A stretch of 63,304 bases of DNA, the filler included, from Globobulimina sp. (taxonomy: Eukaryota), in assembly GCA_003354225.1 (NCBI GenBank). It is 16 parts of 16 records of this genome, joined end to end, with 100 filler letters (N's around TTAATTAATTAA, not from the genome) between each part and the next. Parts side by side here need not be neighbours in the genome. Positions count along the whole stretch, not along the records: positions 11,904 to 15,769 come from PIVH01001969.1; positions 15,870 to 19,735 come from PIVH01001970.1; positions 19,836 to 23,699 come from PIVH01001971.1; positions 23,800 to 27,662 come from PIVH01001972.1; 12 more parts are not named here. One strand, written 5' to 3'. This document shows positions 11,904 through 23,800 of this stretch, piece after piece (within the stretch, counting starts at the first letter, position 1; every line of letters begins with the position of its first letter). The notes below the pieces were generated by a model that worked only from the letters and a program-made list of their open reading frames with translations, was not told the origin of the DNA and searched no databases. Made by a program: the position numbers and the translations under genes.

Positions 11904-14621
11904 GCTGAATTACAGAAACATGGATGTACATTGATGGCAAGAGTTGGGGCAGTAAAGAATGTGAAAATCCAGGATTTGCCCAGATACAGAGTCTGTTTGA
12001 TGACTTCAATTGAGATGATGGGAATCCCAATCGCAGACAGTACAATTCATCAAATATCCATCAACTATTACATGTTTGAAGATGGAGGTGCTAGTGAAGA
12101 CGTATTGCGAATCAGAGATGCATATAAACAGGTATTTGTATTGTTGGAGGCATTGGAACACATTTTGGCCAGGGAAGAAATGGATATAAACGTGAGATTC
12201 AAACATCACAAGAAACGAGATCAGTTACTGAGGGACGCTGATAAATACTTGGAGGATTTGTTCGCAGCAGTACTGGATTCGTGTCAATTCAACTTGATTA
12301 TAATGACAAATCAACAAGGAAAGGTGTATGTGGATCGAGGACGAAAAGATTTGGGAATCACAGTGTTGTTGGAAGATGAAGCGTCATATTCAACGGACAC
12401 AGCGACGTTTGTAGCATGTAAGTTATTATCAGCTCAGTATGCACGACAATTGATTTTGTGTGGTGATCCTATGCAATTGGATCCTGTAGTACATGCACAT
12501 GCAGCCGCTGGTCGCCTACAGCAAGTCAGTACACAGTTGAGATGGTGGGATCCAGCAAAAGTATTAGATACAGTTATTACACCATTCACAGTGGAATCAG
12601 CAATTGACAAACATAAAGCACCACAATCTGACGCAACACCAAATGTGATTACATACATGTTGACAGACACATTCAGACAAACGAAAGTAAGCTCACATTT
12701 TACTTCGGCAACTTTCTACCATGATAAAGTTCATTCGGGCATTGTCAAACCAGAGGAAAGAATCAAACGGGATTGGAAAGGATGGAGATTACCATGGGCA
12801 ATGGAAGGAGTACCAATAGCTTATCTAGCGGTACGGGGATCGGAGGAAACATCCATCGGGACGAGTCGGATGAACACGAATCAGATTAAACAGTGTCTCG
12901 TTTTGGCATGGTTGATTGTCGAGATTATGAAGGCTTATGAGGGGGATGAAGTTATGTTTCTCACACCATACGCAGGTACTCAACTCATTCTCGATGACGA
13001 ATTATCTAGAGTCTGGAACAGAAGTGACAAACGTCCTCGGTGTATTACAGTTGATTCAGCTCAGGGACAGGAGTTTCCATTAGTAATCTTCGTGACCATT
13101 CGTTGTGCTAGTATGGATTACATCGAGAAAGTTCAAGAAATGTATGCAATTCCTCGATTCAATGCTGACGGAACTGAAGTACGGACAAAATATCCAGACT
13201 ATGACCATGATGACATTCCAACGTACACTCGAGTATGGTTCACGGGATTTTTGCAGAGTCCAAATCGCGTCAATGTAGCTACCAGTCGTCACACAACTGC
13301 ATTGATTGTGGTAGGGGATCCATTGACCAACGACCTCAGTCGTCCATTGTACATTTTCAGTCGTTTTTGTATGACCAATGGTGCATTTTTCGAAAATGGG
13401 GTAGCCAGTTGGGTCAGAATTGCATCACATAATCGTAATTTCTGGTATGCAAAGGAAGGTCCACGAAAACATCGCCTCGAATCAATATCAAAAATCCGAG
13501 AAAGAGCAATTGAAGCCCTGGGAGCTCACGAGCCGTTGCCAGGAATCGCAACAGAAGAATTACTCGTCTGGATGGAAAAAAGAAAGGACCCTAAAGTTAC
13601 ACAGGTATCAATTGACATTCCGGAACAACGTCTAGTAGAGCTTTATGAACCACTTTTGGGAAAGGGAGACGTGATTCGAGTAACTCAGTGCTTTGAAGAA
13701 GAAGATTATACAAAATGGATGACCAGAATTGCTTATGTATACGACAAAGCGTGTTCGGATCACTTCTTCCAAGAAAATTTGACGGAAGTACATGTTATGA
13801 ATCCATTGGATCACGAAGGTGAAGCTGCTGGGGTACGACAGGATCAAGTAGGTTATGAAGAAGAAGAAGAGGAATCTAACTTGGAAGCAGCAAAACGACC
13901 ATTGAAGGTGACACCAAGTCCATTCGTATCAAAAGATGTGTCAAAAACAGTATGGGTGACACGTGACTATCGAAAAAATCCAATGACATATGATCCTGAG
14001 GATGAAACAGTTCCAATTGAAGGATTGAGACCAAATCGGGGAAGATACATGACACCGGGTGACTACAATCGACATGCGCAAAGTCAAACATTGAGTTCGG
14101 AGTCTATCGGAAACGTGTCATCACCAACATCTCCGGAAGGCGAAACAGAAACGGAAGAGATAGAAACAGAGGAAGCAACGGAAACAGAAGTAAAAGTAGA
14201 AGCCGTGGGAACAGGGAGATACACGCTCGAAATGCTGGATAAATGCGAGGTAGGATACAATGTGGCTCAAGAACAAGGAATGAATGCTTTACAGGTAAAA
14301 TGGGAAAATTACACCTTAGATCAAATTTATTCGTTGGGTTATCCAGAAGGATTGGGAGAGTATGCTGACAACCAAAGCATGAGTGTTGGTCGCGAGATCG
14401 ACAGATCATGGGTTGACACATTGTATGATGACCACAAATCGGCTATTACAAACATGCTAGCTGATCAAAAGAAAGCAATGAAAGTATACTTGAAAGAGGG
14501 ATCGACATCAAACGAATCGTTGTATATGCAATTTTTATTACAACAATGGCGTTATCGTTGTATGCAATGGATTGTTTGGAAACTTCGAGAAGAGAAGAAG
14601 GAGAGTGAGGGAGTTGTGTGA
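11904..14621 (+). CDS. SF1B (UPF1/DNA2/NAM7-like) helicase, 5' truncated, intronless, acidic C-terminal extension
   Basis: Frame open from the contig edge. Motif II EDEAS, III LCGDPMQLDP, IV LTDTFRQ, V TVDSAQGQE and VI NRVNVATSR are present. Walker A is not in the contig. Confidence 0.9.
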   Translation, partial: AELQKHGCTLMARVGAVKNVKIQDLPRYRVCLMTSIEMMGIPIADSTIHQISINYYMFEDGGASEDVLRIRDAYKQVFVLLEALEHILAREEMDINVRFKHHKKRDQLLRDADKYLEDLFAAVLDSCQFNLIIMTNQQGKVYVDRGRKDLGITVLLEDEASYSTDTATFVACKLLSAQYARQLILCGDPMQLDPVVHAHAAAGRLQQVSTQLRWWDPAKVLDTVITPFTVESAIDKHKAPQSDATPNVITYMLTDTFRQTKVSSHFTSATFYHDKVHSGIVKPEERIKRDWKGWRLPWAMEGVPIAYLAVRGSEETSIGTSRMNTNQIKQCLVLAWLIVEIMKAYEGDEVMFLTPYAGTQLILDDELSRVWNRSDKRPRCITVDSAQGQEFPLVIFVTIRCASMDYIEKVQEMYAIPRFNADGTEVRTKYPDYDHDDIPTYTRVWFTGFLQSPNRVNVATSRHTTALIVVGDPLTNDLSRPLYIFSRFCMTNGAFFENGVASWVRIASHNRNFWYAKEGPRKHRLESISKIRERAIEALGAHEPLPGIATEELLVWMEKRKDPKVTQVSIDIPEQRLVELYEPLLGKGDVIRVTQCFEEEDYTKWMTRIAYVYDKACSDHFFQENLTEVHVMNPLDHEGEAAGVRQDQVGYEEEEEESNLEAAKRPLKVTPSPFVSKDVSKTVWVTRDYRKNPMTYDPEDETVPIEGLRPNRGRYMTPGDYNRHAQSQTLSSESIGNVSSPTSPEGETETEEIETEEATETEVKVEAVGTGRYTLEMLDKCEVGYNVAQEQGMNALQVKWENYTLDQIYSLGYPEGLGEYADNQSMSVGREIDRSWVDTLYDDHKSAITNMLADQKKAMKVYLKEGSTSNESLYMQFLLQQWRYRCMQWIVWKLREEKKESEGVV

Positions 14622-15158
14622 AACGACTTCAAGCACTATGGTTAGGATCAATATGCAAATGTACATAAAAAGGTATGTTAGACTCTTAAAGTCATAAAAG
14701 TAGTTTAGTTTTGTTTCTTTAGTTATTTTGAGTTTTGTATTGTGTTAAAATCCAAATCTTTCTATATGGGGAGAGGAGGGATCGTAAAGTATTACGAAAA
14801 GTAATTTTTGAAAAAGTACACTGTATATATGTTGTAGTTTGTAGAAAATTCGCCAATTCTCGTAAAAAGCAATAAGGATATTTGAGTCCAAGTTTTTGAA
14901 GTAGTGTCCTAAACTGCTACGCTACCAAATTAAAGTAGTTCGGGGACCTAAAAAGTTTTTAAATTTTGAGTAATGCGTCAAGTCTCTTAAAGACAGGTAA
15001 ATACAGAGTAGAGTTAAATAGTTCAGGGGTTATTGTGGACAGTGAAAGGGGGTAAATACGGGGGTTCACTTATAGCAGATGTATGGACAAATCATTGGTA
15101 CAGTGATGAGGTGCGAGGACCATCAGGACCATCAAAAGATCAAAGGAATTCAAATTAT

Positions 15159-15597
15159 GGCGGGGAAGGATGTAATGTTATTACAAGTTCAATACAGTAA
15201 TCTGTGGGCGCTGTTTCTCGTCGCCTAGAATAGACGTTGCATCATGTTATCAGGGCTCCAGATAAAGATCGAACATCGCCACCGCACCGAGGGGTAGGAC
15301 AGCAAACAACATCAAGCGCACCCAAAAGAGACAGATTGGGCCGTCAGAAATCAATAGCCATATGAAAGACGTGTGAATATATTTGCATAAAGTAACTTTC
15401 TGTATTGCCATCTCAAACTGGAAACGAAAGGCACACCTGAACTTTTATATTTGATCACTCTTGTCTGTATTGTTCTGAGTAACTTGTGAGCGTTTGAGCT
15501 CTGTGATTTTGTTATTGAAAGATAAAGAGTTGGAAGAGAAGAGGTATTTTATGAATCTATGTATTTTGTATGTTTAGATTAGTCGATTATCTTTACA
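15159..15597 (+). mobile_element. Candidate polypurine tract plus LTR
   Basis: GGCGGGGAAGGA (15159-15170) is immediately followed by TGTAA (15171). The matching TTACA lies at 15593-15597, followed 3 nt later by TGGTGA (PBS-like start). Only one copy is visible. Confidence 0.4.
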
Positions 15598-16185
15598 TGC
15601 TGGTGAAAGCAATAATAGTGATTGCTTGCACGTTAATCTTTGACTGTATCTGCTATTCACTTGTTGTACTCCTCACCGGCTGAGAAGGTCAGTGAAGGTT
15701 GTCGTCGATTTAGGGTCGTTGCAGTAGTAGCTGAGCTGGTACGGTTAAATATTATACTAGGTAAAGTAANNNNNNNNNNNNNNNNNNNNNNNNNNNNNNN
15801 NNNNNNNNNNNNNTTAATTAATTAANNNNNNNNNNNNNNNNNNNNNNNNNNNNNNNNNNNNNNNNNNNNTGTGCAAAAAAGGCAATAATAATGAGAACAA
15901 TAATAGCGATTCAGACTCGTTCGTAAGTTTCTAGTTTGCATATTTTTTTACATTGTTTTAAAAACAGATTTAATTCATTTATTTCTACAATCTACACATA
16001 TGAATTACATCTGCTACTTTTTACATTTTATGTTTACTTTTTTGCTTCATTTTGTGACCATTTCTTGTTTTATTTTCTTTGAAGAGATGTTAGTAACTTT
16101 AGTTTTTTTTAATTCAAAACATGACTTCTGTTAACGTTCCTATTTGCGTTTATTTTCAACGGGGACACTGTGCATTTGGTAATCA

Positions 16186-17544
16186 ATGTCGATATGCCCA
16201 TTCCAGGTAATTCTATCATTTCCCATTTCATTACAACAATTCTATCTTAATTTTCGATGTGACAATGACAGATTCGTTCCATACAATCAACAATATCGAT
16301 ATTTCTCAAACGTAAATAACAGTTACAATAATTACAATTATTACAATAATAATAACTATTATGGATCACGTTCGTATTATAGCTCCGATGCAAACAATTA
16401 CGATAATTACAATCCAAATCAATCATCAGTATATTCCGCATTATTCCCGACAAAACGAGAAGAACAAATGGATTTCTACATTGATTATAAGAAAGAAACA
16501 CTAATATTCGATATAGATGGTACAATTGCAGACATAGAGAATAGATTATCATTATCCACTGGATCCAAATCCGATGGTACCAGAACCAACAAAGAATGGA
16601 ATATTGTACTGAATGGAGCAAATTATAAATATGATCGCGTGATACCGGTCGCCTGGGCCTATCTAAAATATATTGAATCACAAAATAAATACAATATTTT
16701 ATATTTAAGTGGTAGTCGATCGAAGACAATTCGTGATTCAATGCATTGGCTGTTTAACATTAATAAGTATCCGAAAGGATTTATAATTCATAGAATTAAA
16801 GGTATGTCAGGTCAAGAGTTCAAACAAAAACAATTAATAAAATTAAATAATAAATTAAATATTGTTGGATATTTTGGGGATCGGATTATCGATGATTGCA
16901 TTTGTGCGATAAAAGCGGGTGTCAGACCCATTTTAGTTGTACCAAATCAATGGTTGTTTAGCAAACATATTTATGGTGGAATTGAAAGTGTTATTAATGA
17001 TGTTGTTGACACACATAGTCATATACCATCTTCTTTCATTAATATTGCAAAAAATTGTCAATGGTGGAACATGTCATATGATGATGTGGTACCAATTGAG
17101 TTCGCAACTGAATTATTTGACGATAAGAATAAGGATTTATTACCACCGAGTGTCTTGTTAAAATGTCAAGAAAATAGAAATTATTGGCAACACATTATGG
17201 AGGAATCGAATCAAATACTTTTGCTTAACAATGGAGACAATGGAGACAACCAAGAAAATGAAAATAAGGAAAATGAAAATAAGGAAAATGAAAATAAGGA
17301 AAATGATGATGATGCTGCTATTGTTAATGACTACGATGATGTTGCGAAATTTATTGAAAATGATGATAGTGATAACGAGGATGATGAGGTTTTGGAATTT
17401 ATTGAAACTTCAGACTATGAGATAACAGATGACTACAGTGACAACACAGAAAAATTCGATAGCAAAATTGAGAGTATGAGACAGCAAACACATACTGAAC
17501 CCCAGCACCGGTGGCTTCCGGTTGGTCAGCATTTACAACATTAG
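16186..17544 (+). CDS. HAD-superfamily phosphatase (polynucleotide 3'-phosphatase/LNS2-like) with N/Y-rich N-terminus and acidic tail; start uncertain
   Basis: Motif I LIFDIDGT, motif II YLSGSR, motif III FK, motif IV FGDRIIDD. Confidence 0.8.
   Translation: MSICPFQVILSFPISLQQFYLNFRCDNDRFVPYNQQYRYFSNVNNSYNNYNYYNNNNYYGSRSYYSSDANNYDNYNPNQSSVYSALFPTKREEQMDFYIDYKKETLIFDIDGTIADIENRLSLSTGSKSDGTRTNKEWNIVLNGANYKYDRVIPVAWAYLKYIESQNKYNILYLSGSRSKTIRDSMHWLFNINKYPKGFIIHRIKGMSGQEFKQKQLIKLNNKLNIVGYFGDRIIDDCICAIKAGVRPILVVPNQWLFSKHIYGGIESVINDVVDTHSHIPSSFINIAKNCQWWNMSYDDVVPIEFATELFDDKNKDLLPPSVLLKCQENRNYWQHIMEESNQILLLNNGDNGDNQENENKENENKENENKENDDDAAIVNDYDDVAKFIENDDSDNEDDEVLEFIETSDYEITDDYSDNTEKFDSKIESMRQQTHTEPQHRWLPVGQHLQH
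17254..17306 (+). repeat. Coding 15-bp tandem repeat (ENENK x3.5)
   Basis: GAAAATGAAAATAAG repeated three times plus a partial copy. Confidence 0.9.
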
Positions 17545-17652
17545 AAAATCTGTCTGCTCTGTTCAAATCGCATAAATTTCAAACCCTCAAACTTTGAATT
17601 AAGTTAAAAGTGATAAATATAAACAAAACGTCTACGTCGCTATAAGTCAAAA

Positions 17653-19197
17653 TCATAGGTTTTGCACATTGCCACAATCGGCCGTGTTGCCAGTGGCAAT
17701 GACATAAATCTTATAATATATAGATCCAATTGATATGCAAACAACAATAACTACCATTATAAGTGCTATTATCTTAATTTTTTTATATTTCACTTCGGTT
17801 TTTGGCACCAATTTCCATACGAAATATGTGGGCAAAATGTAGCCAGTAATTGGTTGTACAGTACACCCAACGAAGCCAAATACAGTGGCTATATCAGTAA
17901 CAATTACGCTCATTAAGACACAAACCAATATTATTACAAACGTAACAATAATATGTGGTATTAATGGAATTTGTTTTTTTTTCCATTTCATATAATTTAT
18001 ATTTTAGCGAATAGCATTTAAAAAAACAAGGGTTGCTAAAATCATATCAATCATAAATATAAATGAAGCAATCACCATTCGAGCCGATTTATGAAAGTCA
18101 TTTAAAAGTATATTGCCGCATGTTTGCTGTAGGAATATTAAAAAAGCCGATGTGCTCGCAATGGTATATAATGAGATTGAAATAGATAATGCATATCTGA
18201 ACACCTTCTGCATCTTTGTAGAAGTTTTATTTTCTAATTCTTTATAGATTGGAAACACATTCGGCTGGCAATTATATCCAAATATAAATATTGGCACAGC
18301 AGTCAAAAAGCCATTAAATGTAAATGATGCTAAACGTGAATACTGATCCTGGACAAATACGGATTTAATGTCATTCCAATGCCAAAAACAGGTTTTGTAT
18401 TCAATATAATGCTCACCATCACCAGAAATCTTATTACATTCAATAAAGTATTCAATAAACAAACAAATGGTAAGGAATAATGAGCAGGACACTGATAAGA
18501 AGGATGTAAATCGCAAAGAGGACATATTTCGCATTAAAGATAGTGGGAATATAATAACAGCGCTAAAAAAGATTATAAAATCTATATAGAATTTATGCGC
18601 TTTGCTTTTATCGCCGTTAAATAATGCAATGTATAATATGACGATGATGCCACCGGCACCGACCATGCGAGAAACAGCGGATCCTAATAATGATAATATT
18701 ACATTGATTTGTGTGAATATGGCCAATTTCTTACCGCCACATTGCAATGATAATGTCAAATATGAGGGCTCAATGGATTTGGGCATATAATCAGATGCTA
18801 TGATCAATAAATTTAATGAGATGTAAGAAAAAGTTGTACAAAGCGATAACAAAATAATGCCATTCAGTAAGCCGGATGCACGAAACGCAAATGGAAAAGA
18901 TAAGATGCCGGCTCCTTTTTTAATTGTATTGCGTCTGACACATAAAACAAATTAAGATGCAAAATACACAGTACCTACAACTGCTACAATTAAATTAAAA
19001 ACTGCACCTTTTAACGATTTGGGGCCAAAATACCGAGCAAAAAATGACTTGTCTCGTGTTACGTCTTCTGTTGAATCCAACGGTTCGTTAATCGATTCAC
19101 TGTCCTGTTGTGATAAATCTCTGTGCACCAAACATAACTAAATGGATCCAAACCTTCTCAATTTCAACAAATTCATATAATTATCCATACCTGTCAT
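17653..19197 (-). pseudogene. AAAP/SLC38-type amino-acid transporter with in-frame TAA at 18004-18006 (introns 19119-19190 and 18915-18974)
   Basis: Spliced GAVFNLIVAVVGAGILSFPFAF, PLSLMRNMSSLRFTS, FGYNCQPNVFPIYKEL and VFGFVG. ORFs 18004-18852 and 17653-17991 are in the same frame, separated only by TAA and 4 codons. May be an intact gene with a sequence error. Confidence 0.7.
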
Positions 19198-19363
19198 GGA
19201 GTGAATAATTTACCTTCAACTTAGATGTGTTGACTTTGGGAGCCCGTGCATCCAAAAATGGCTCTTGCGAAGTGTCCACAAAAGGCTCTTTAAAGTGTGA
19301 CATGCGTTTTACAGTTTTTATAATTATTAATAAACTATTACTAAATATCAGCAACATGGGTTC

Positions 19364-19735
19364 TTTGCCTTTAATTAATCATAAATGGATACTACATTGG
19401 TTGCATTCGCCAATTTACACACATGTCACATTAATACTGGGTGGCTCACAAATAATAATGATGCCATGTTTATTAATAATGTATATATACCAATTACATA
19501 CAACGAAATCGTGGATCTCTTTGACAAATATAAAAAAACGAAATGGTGGATTATTGTTTGTAAACAACGGGTCACATATTATTACAATAATTTGTATATT
19601 GTTTGCTTTTTTTGCGGGCATAATCACTTTTATTAATAACCTCGCCATAATTAATAATAACAGCGCATGTTTACCAATTACAATATCATTGCAGCTATGT
19701 TGGTTAATATCAAAAATAAGTATTCATAACGTGAC
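19364..19735 (+). CDS. Partial multi-pass membrane protein (3' truncated; start uncertain)
   Basis: Hydrophobic segments in an open frame that runs into the spacer. Confidence 0.35.
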
Positions 19736-19835
19736 NNNNNNNNNNNNNNNNNNNNNNNNNNNNNNNNNNNNNNNNNNNNTTAATTAATTAANNNNNNNNN
19801 NNNNNNNNNNNNNNNNNNNNNNNNNNNNNNNNNNN

Positions 19836-21463
19836 CGGATTTGAATAAAAAACGAATCGAATTATTTAGTGCCATCATACCAAATAATGGTGGAAAAATA
19901 ATACAAAATATCAATGAATTTGATATGAATAAAAACAAAAACGCATTGTTAATAATGGTCGCTGAGAAAATAAAAAGAAAGGATTTTGATGAATTATTTG
20001 ATAAATCGGCGCAAGAAAATAAAAATTTTATATTTGTGACATCCGAATATATCACAGCTTCATTAAAATATAAAAATAAAAAAATATCACCCAAACAATT
20101 TCCACCAAAATGTTTGACACAAAAAAAGGAAAAAATAGCCTCAAAAAACAGTGAGAAACATGAGATGGATGTTGATGAAGAGCAAAAAAGTGAAAAATCC
20201 GACAAAAAACAAGAGAAACAGCCAAAACAAAGTTGGTTGGATAGCAACAAACATAAATTTGCGTGTCAGGTCGAAAACGATGGAACCAAAGTAAACCACA
20301 ATGCCCATATAACGCAAATCTTCGATGAAATGGGATCAATGTATTCCTGCCTAGGCGACAAATGGCGAGTATTTAGCTATAAAAAAGTGAACGATTTCAT
20401 CAAACAGTATCCGTATCAAATTAAAACGGAAAAAGATATCCAAAAACTCATCAAAATGAAAGGTTTCAGCCAGAAATTAGGCAGGAAAGTATTAGAGATT
20501 ATAAGCACGGGCAAATTGCGCAAATTAAACGAACTAAAATCAATGCCACAAATAGCAACAATTCAACTATTCTCAAACATATTTGGTGTCGGCTCAATTA
20601 CCGCAAATAAATGGTTCAATTTAGGTTTGCGCACTTTGAACGATGTTGGAAATGCAGAAAAATGGAACATTAAATTGCAAGACAGACAAAAAATGGGACT
20701 CAAATATTATGACGATTTATTAGTGAAAATCCCCAGAACAGAAGTTGTAGCAATTGAGAAATTCTTAAAACTGGAAATAAATAAAATGTGTCCCGGCTGC
20801 AAGGCATGTTTTTTTTTTTATATATATATCAATATTTTTTTTATGCTTTTTCTATGGAAATAGGTGATGATATGTGGTAGTTATCGGCGCGGGAAGTTAA
20901 AAAGTGGCGATGTTGATGTGTTGGTTACACATAAACACTCCGACCAAACGCGTGGATTATTGAATAAAATTGTAACTAAATTGCATGCGATTGGCTTTTT
21001 AGTGGACGACTTGTCCACACCATCAGGCCACAACAAACACGCAGAGGATCACGACTCATATATGGGAGTTGCTAAGCTAATGGACGACGAGTATACAATA
21101 TACCGTCATATTGATATTAAAGTGTATAAACCCGAACATTTTGCATTTGCTGTTTTATATTTTACGGGAAGTGATCATTTCAATCGGAGCATGCGGTATT
21201 TTGCCAAAAAAAAAGGATATACGTTATCTGATACGATGTTGGCGCCTGCGATAAGGCACAATAATTCTAAAATAGTTACATTCACGCAAAGGGCGATAAA
21301 GTGCCAGACTGAGAATGAAATATTTGAAGCTTTGGGGTTGAAATATGTTAAGCCAACGGAGAGGAACACGTATGAAAGCTTTGGACAGTCATTTGGTGGG
21401 AATGCTAATGAGGACTGTGAGCCGTGTGATGATACTCCAAATAACTACTCAAATACGCCGTAA
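19836..21463 (+). CDS. POLL: DNA polymerase family X, lambda-like (BRCT-like + 8-kDa + catalytic), 5' truncated; GC-AG intron 20804-20863
   Basis: HhH IFGVGSITA, GLKYYDD, CGSYRRGK, GDVDVL, RHIDIK, YFTGS and NRSMR. The N-terminus is BRCT-like. Confidence 0.92.
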
Positions 21464-21534
21464 ATTCAATGTTTTTGTTGATAAATCCTTGCACTTAAAT
21501 AATAAATTAAAATAAAAAACTGGCAATTGTGATC

Positions 21535-23013
21535 ATGGCATCCCAGCCAGCTCAGTTCAAGGATGACGAAAAAGAAACTGTCCCTACCGTTCGAGAGTTG
21601 AAATCCTTAGCAAGTACGCTTTACGATGCAATGAAGAAATCCCTATTCGTACCGGATGGCTTTGGTAAATTAAAACGCAAAGTCTCCAAAGAATTACAAC
21701 ATCTTGAAACCTTGGATGAAAACGGCACGTATAACTCGTCAAATATTCACTATTTAAATTCAGTTTGGCGCACATTCGTGGAGGAAGGCAATACTGTTTG
21801 TGGCGTATTTAAAAAATATAAATATATCTCAGAAATAAACAACAAAAAATCTGAATTAAGCGTAGACATTGTATGCGATGACGGTTTACGTTGGATAAAG
21901 GTGAAAACCTCCAATCCCTATTCAATGCAATTGCAATTTATAAATTATGGCTCCTCTTCGAAATCAAAAAATATCATAACAATGGCTGACAATTTCATCA
22001 CTGCCTCCAATCAGCACAAAGTGTATTTTCAGGCTCCCAAAATCCAATTTGTATTCGCGGAGGGCATCACCTCTGATTTGGCCTATATATTAAAGCAGAA
22101 ATGCGTTGTTATTAAAGGCCGGCAAATAAAGGACGACTTCTTATACGTTGATGATGTTATCAGTGAAAGTGAGGAGGAAACGGATGTAAAACAGATCGCA
22201 AATAACAATTCTGAGGACAAATTGGACGAAACTTGTGTCAATTTAGGCGTCCGTACAATGTTAACTATGATCTCATCGCTTTCCAATGGCGACATCAATA
22301 AAGATTTTTTTCATGAGTTACAATCTTCATTGCGCGAAATGAACAAATTGCATAATTACAATGACACAGACGATCAAATCAATAATTTAGATTTTGAATA
22401 TTATGACTTCCCAAAGAAAAACGGCTGTATTAAGGACATAAATTGCGTCAACGTTGCAAGTAAACGAAATAAAAACAAATTGAATGCCAATGGCTATACT
22501 TTCGGACATGTATCAACGATACGAAAATCTGCAAAGTCCCGTCGTAAGCGGTTCAGCGAGAAATCGTATGAGGAGAAAAAAATGTTATTGCAAATGTTCG
22601 TCGACGAGATATCATCGCCGGTGTTGCCTACGATAATGCAATACATTGCGGATAAGAAGTTAATTTGTTGTGAAGCGGCGTGGAACCATTTTATTGATAT
22701 CGTGAATCTGTCGGCGGGGCAAAATGAATGGAAACGATGCCATGAGTTACAGGAGAAAATAAGCATTGTGGCGGATAAAATTAGTGGGCGGACAGAGTTG
22801 TTGCGCGGCAAATCAATGTCGCATATTAATAAATGTGTGTTTGGCACTGGCGACTCATTGAAAATAATAACATTGACTGCAATTGCGTCGTTTGTAAGGA
22901 AGGCGCAACAACAAGGCGTCAAATATTTTGTTCACATATTTCCAGTCAGACCGTTGACTGAGAGATATCAAATGGAATATGAGAAACAAAAAAAGCGCCG
23001 GTTTATGATATAA
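21535..23013 (+). CDS. UPF0415/DUF1308 (C7orf25-like) protein
   Basis: SSNIHYL, VDIVCDDGLRWIKVK and AGQNE..R...VFGTGDSLKIITLTA match conserved family motifs. Confidence 0.8.
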   Translation: MASQPAQFKDDEKETVPTVRELKSLASTLYDAMKKSLFVPDGFGKLKRKVSKELQHLETLDENGTYNSSNIHYLNSVWRTFVEEGNTVCGVFKKYKYISEINNKKSELSVDIVCDDGLRWIKVKTSNPYSMQLQFINYGSSSKSKNIITMADNFITASNQHKVYFQAPKIQFVFAEGITSDLAYILKQKCVVIKGRQIKDDFLYVDDVISESEEETDVKQIANNNSEDKLDETCVNLGVRTMLTMISSLSNGDINKDFFHELQSSLREMNKLHNYNDTDDQINNLDFEYYDFPKKNGCIKDINCVNVASKRNKNKLNANGYTFGHVSTIRKSAKSRRKRFSEKSYEEKKMLLQMFVDEISSPVLPTIMQYIADKKLICCEAAWNHFIDIVNLSAGQNEWKRCHELQEKISIVADKISGRTELLRGKSMSHINKCVFGTGDSLKIITLTAIASFVRKAQQQGVKYFVHIFPVRPLTERYQMEYEKQKKRRFMI

Positions 23014-23386
23014 AGCAGAAAAATGACGGTGCGAATTTACTTGTTGTTGATTAATATTTGAGAATTTGTATAGTGGTTCAGCGCTATTTAGAACTAATTA
23101 TGATTGTTCATTTTTGTATCTTTAATTAGAATCAGTTCAATCTAAGTCTCCAAGTTTCATCATTTTTTTTATAAATTAGAACCAGCCAGACATCACACAC
23201 AAGGTTGGAGTTTTATAATAATGGTTCTTTACATCAAGTATTTTACTAACAAAGCTCCCAATGCGTAAACGATAGATTGCGAACCAATGCAAATTGCGAC
23301 CAAAAGAACGTGTATATAAATGACACCTTTGCATTACACAGAATTACTTGACTAACGGGATCACGTCGCGGTAATACAGACAACTT

Positions 23387-23699
23387 TTATCCAATGCAGT
23401 ACACATTTGTATACCCTTCATCAGCAAACTTAGCTGCTACAATCTCTGCTACGCCTCCACCCAAACTATGTCCCATTATAAATATAGTTTTATTGGCAGC
23501 ACCCTCTATTTTTGCAGTGCTCAACGACCCATTGTATTTATCACGCACATAGTCAGAGATCGGTTCGTCATATAATCGATCTCGCAGTGTTGGGTCAATC
23601 ATACCTTCCGGAATCGATGCGTATTTCACAAAATCACCAATGAAATCAATGAATCCCCCGGGAAGCACTGTCGTTACGTAATATGCATGCCTGTCGTTA
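23387..23699 (-). CDS. Class-3 lipase fragment (5' truncated; 3' end possibly decayed)
   Basis: Nucleophile elbow IFIMGHSLGGG. Confidence 0.7.
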
Positions 23700-23800
23700 N
23701 NNNNNNNNNNNNNNNNNNNNNNNNNNNNNNNNNNNNNNNNNNNTTAATTAATTAANNNNNNNNNNNNNNNNNNNNNNNNNNNNNNNNNNNNNNNNNNNNA

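Noticed and set aside
14768-14781. Alternative polypurine tract GGGGAGAGGAGGGA
   Set aside because: Followed by TC rather than TG; the tract at 15159 fits LTR termini better.
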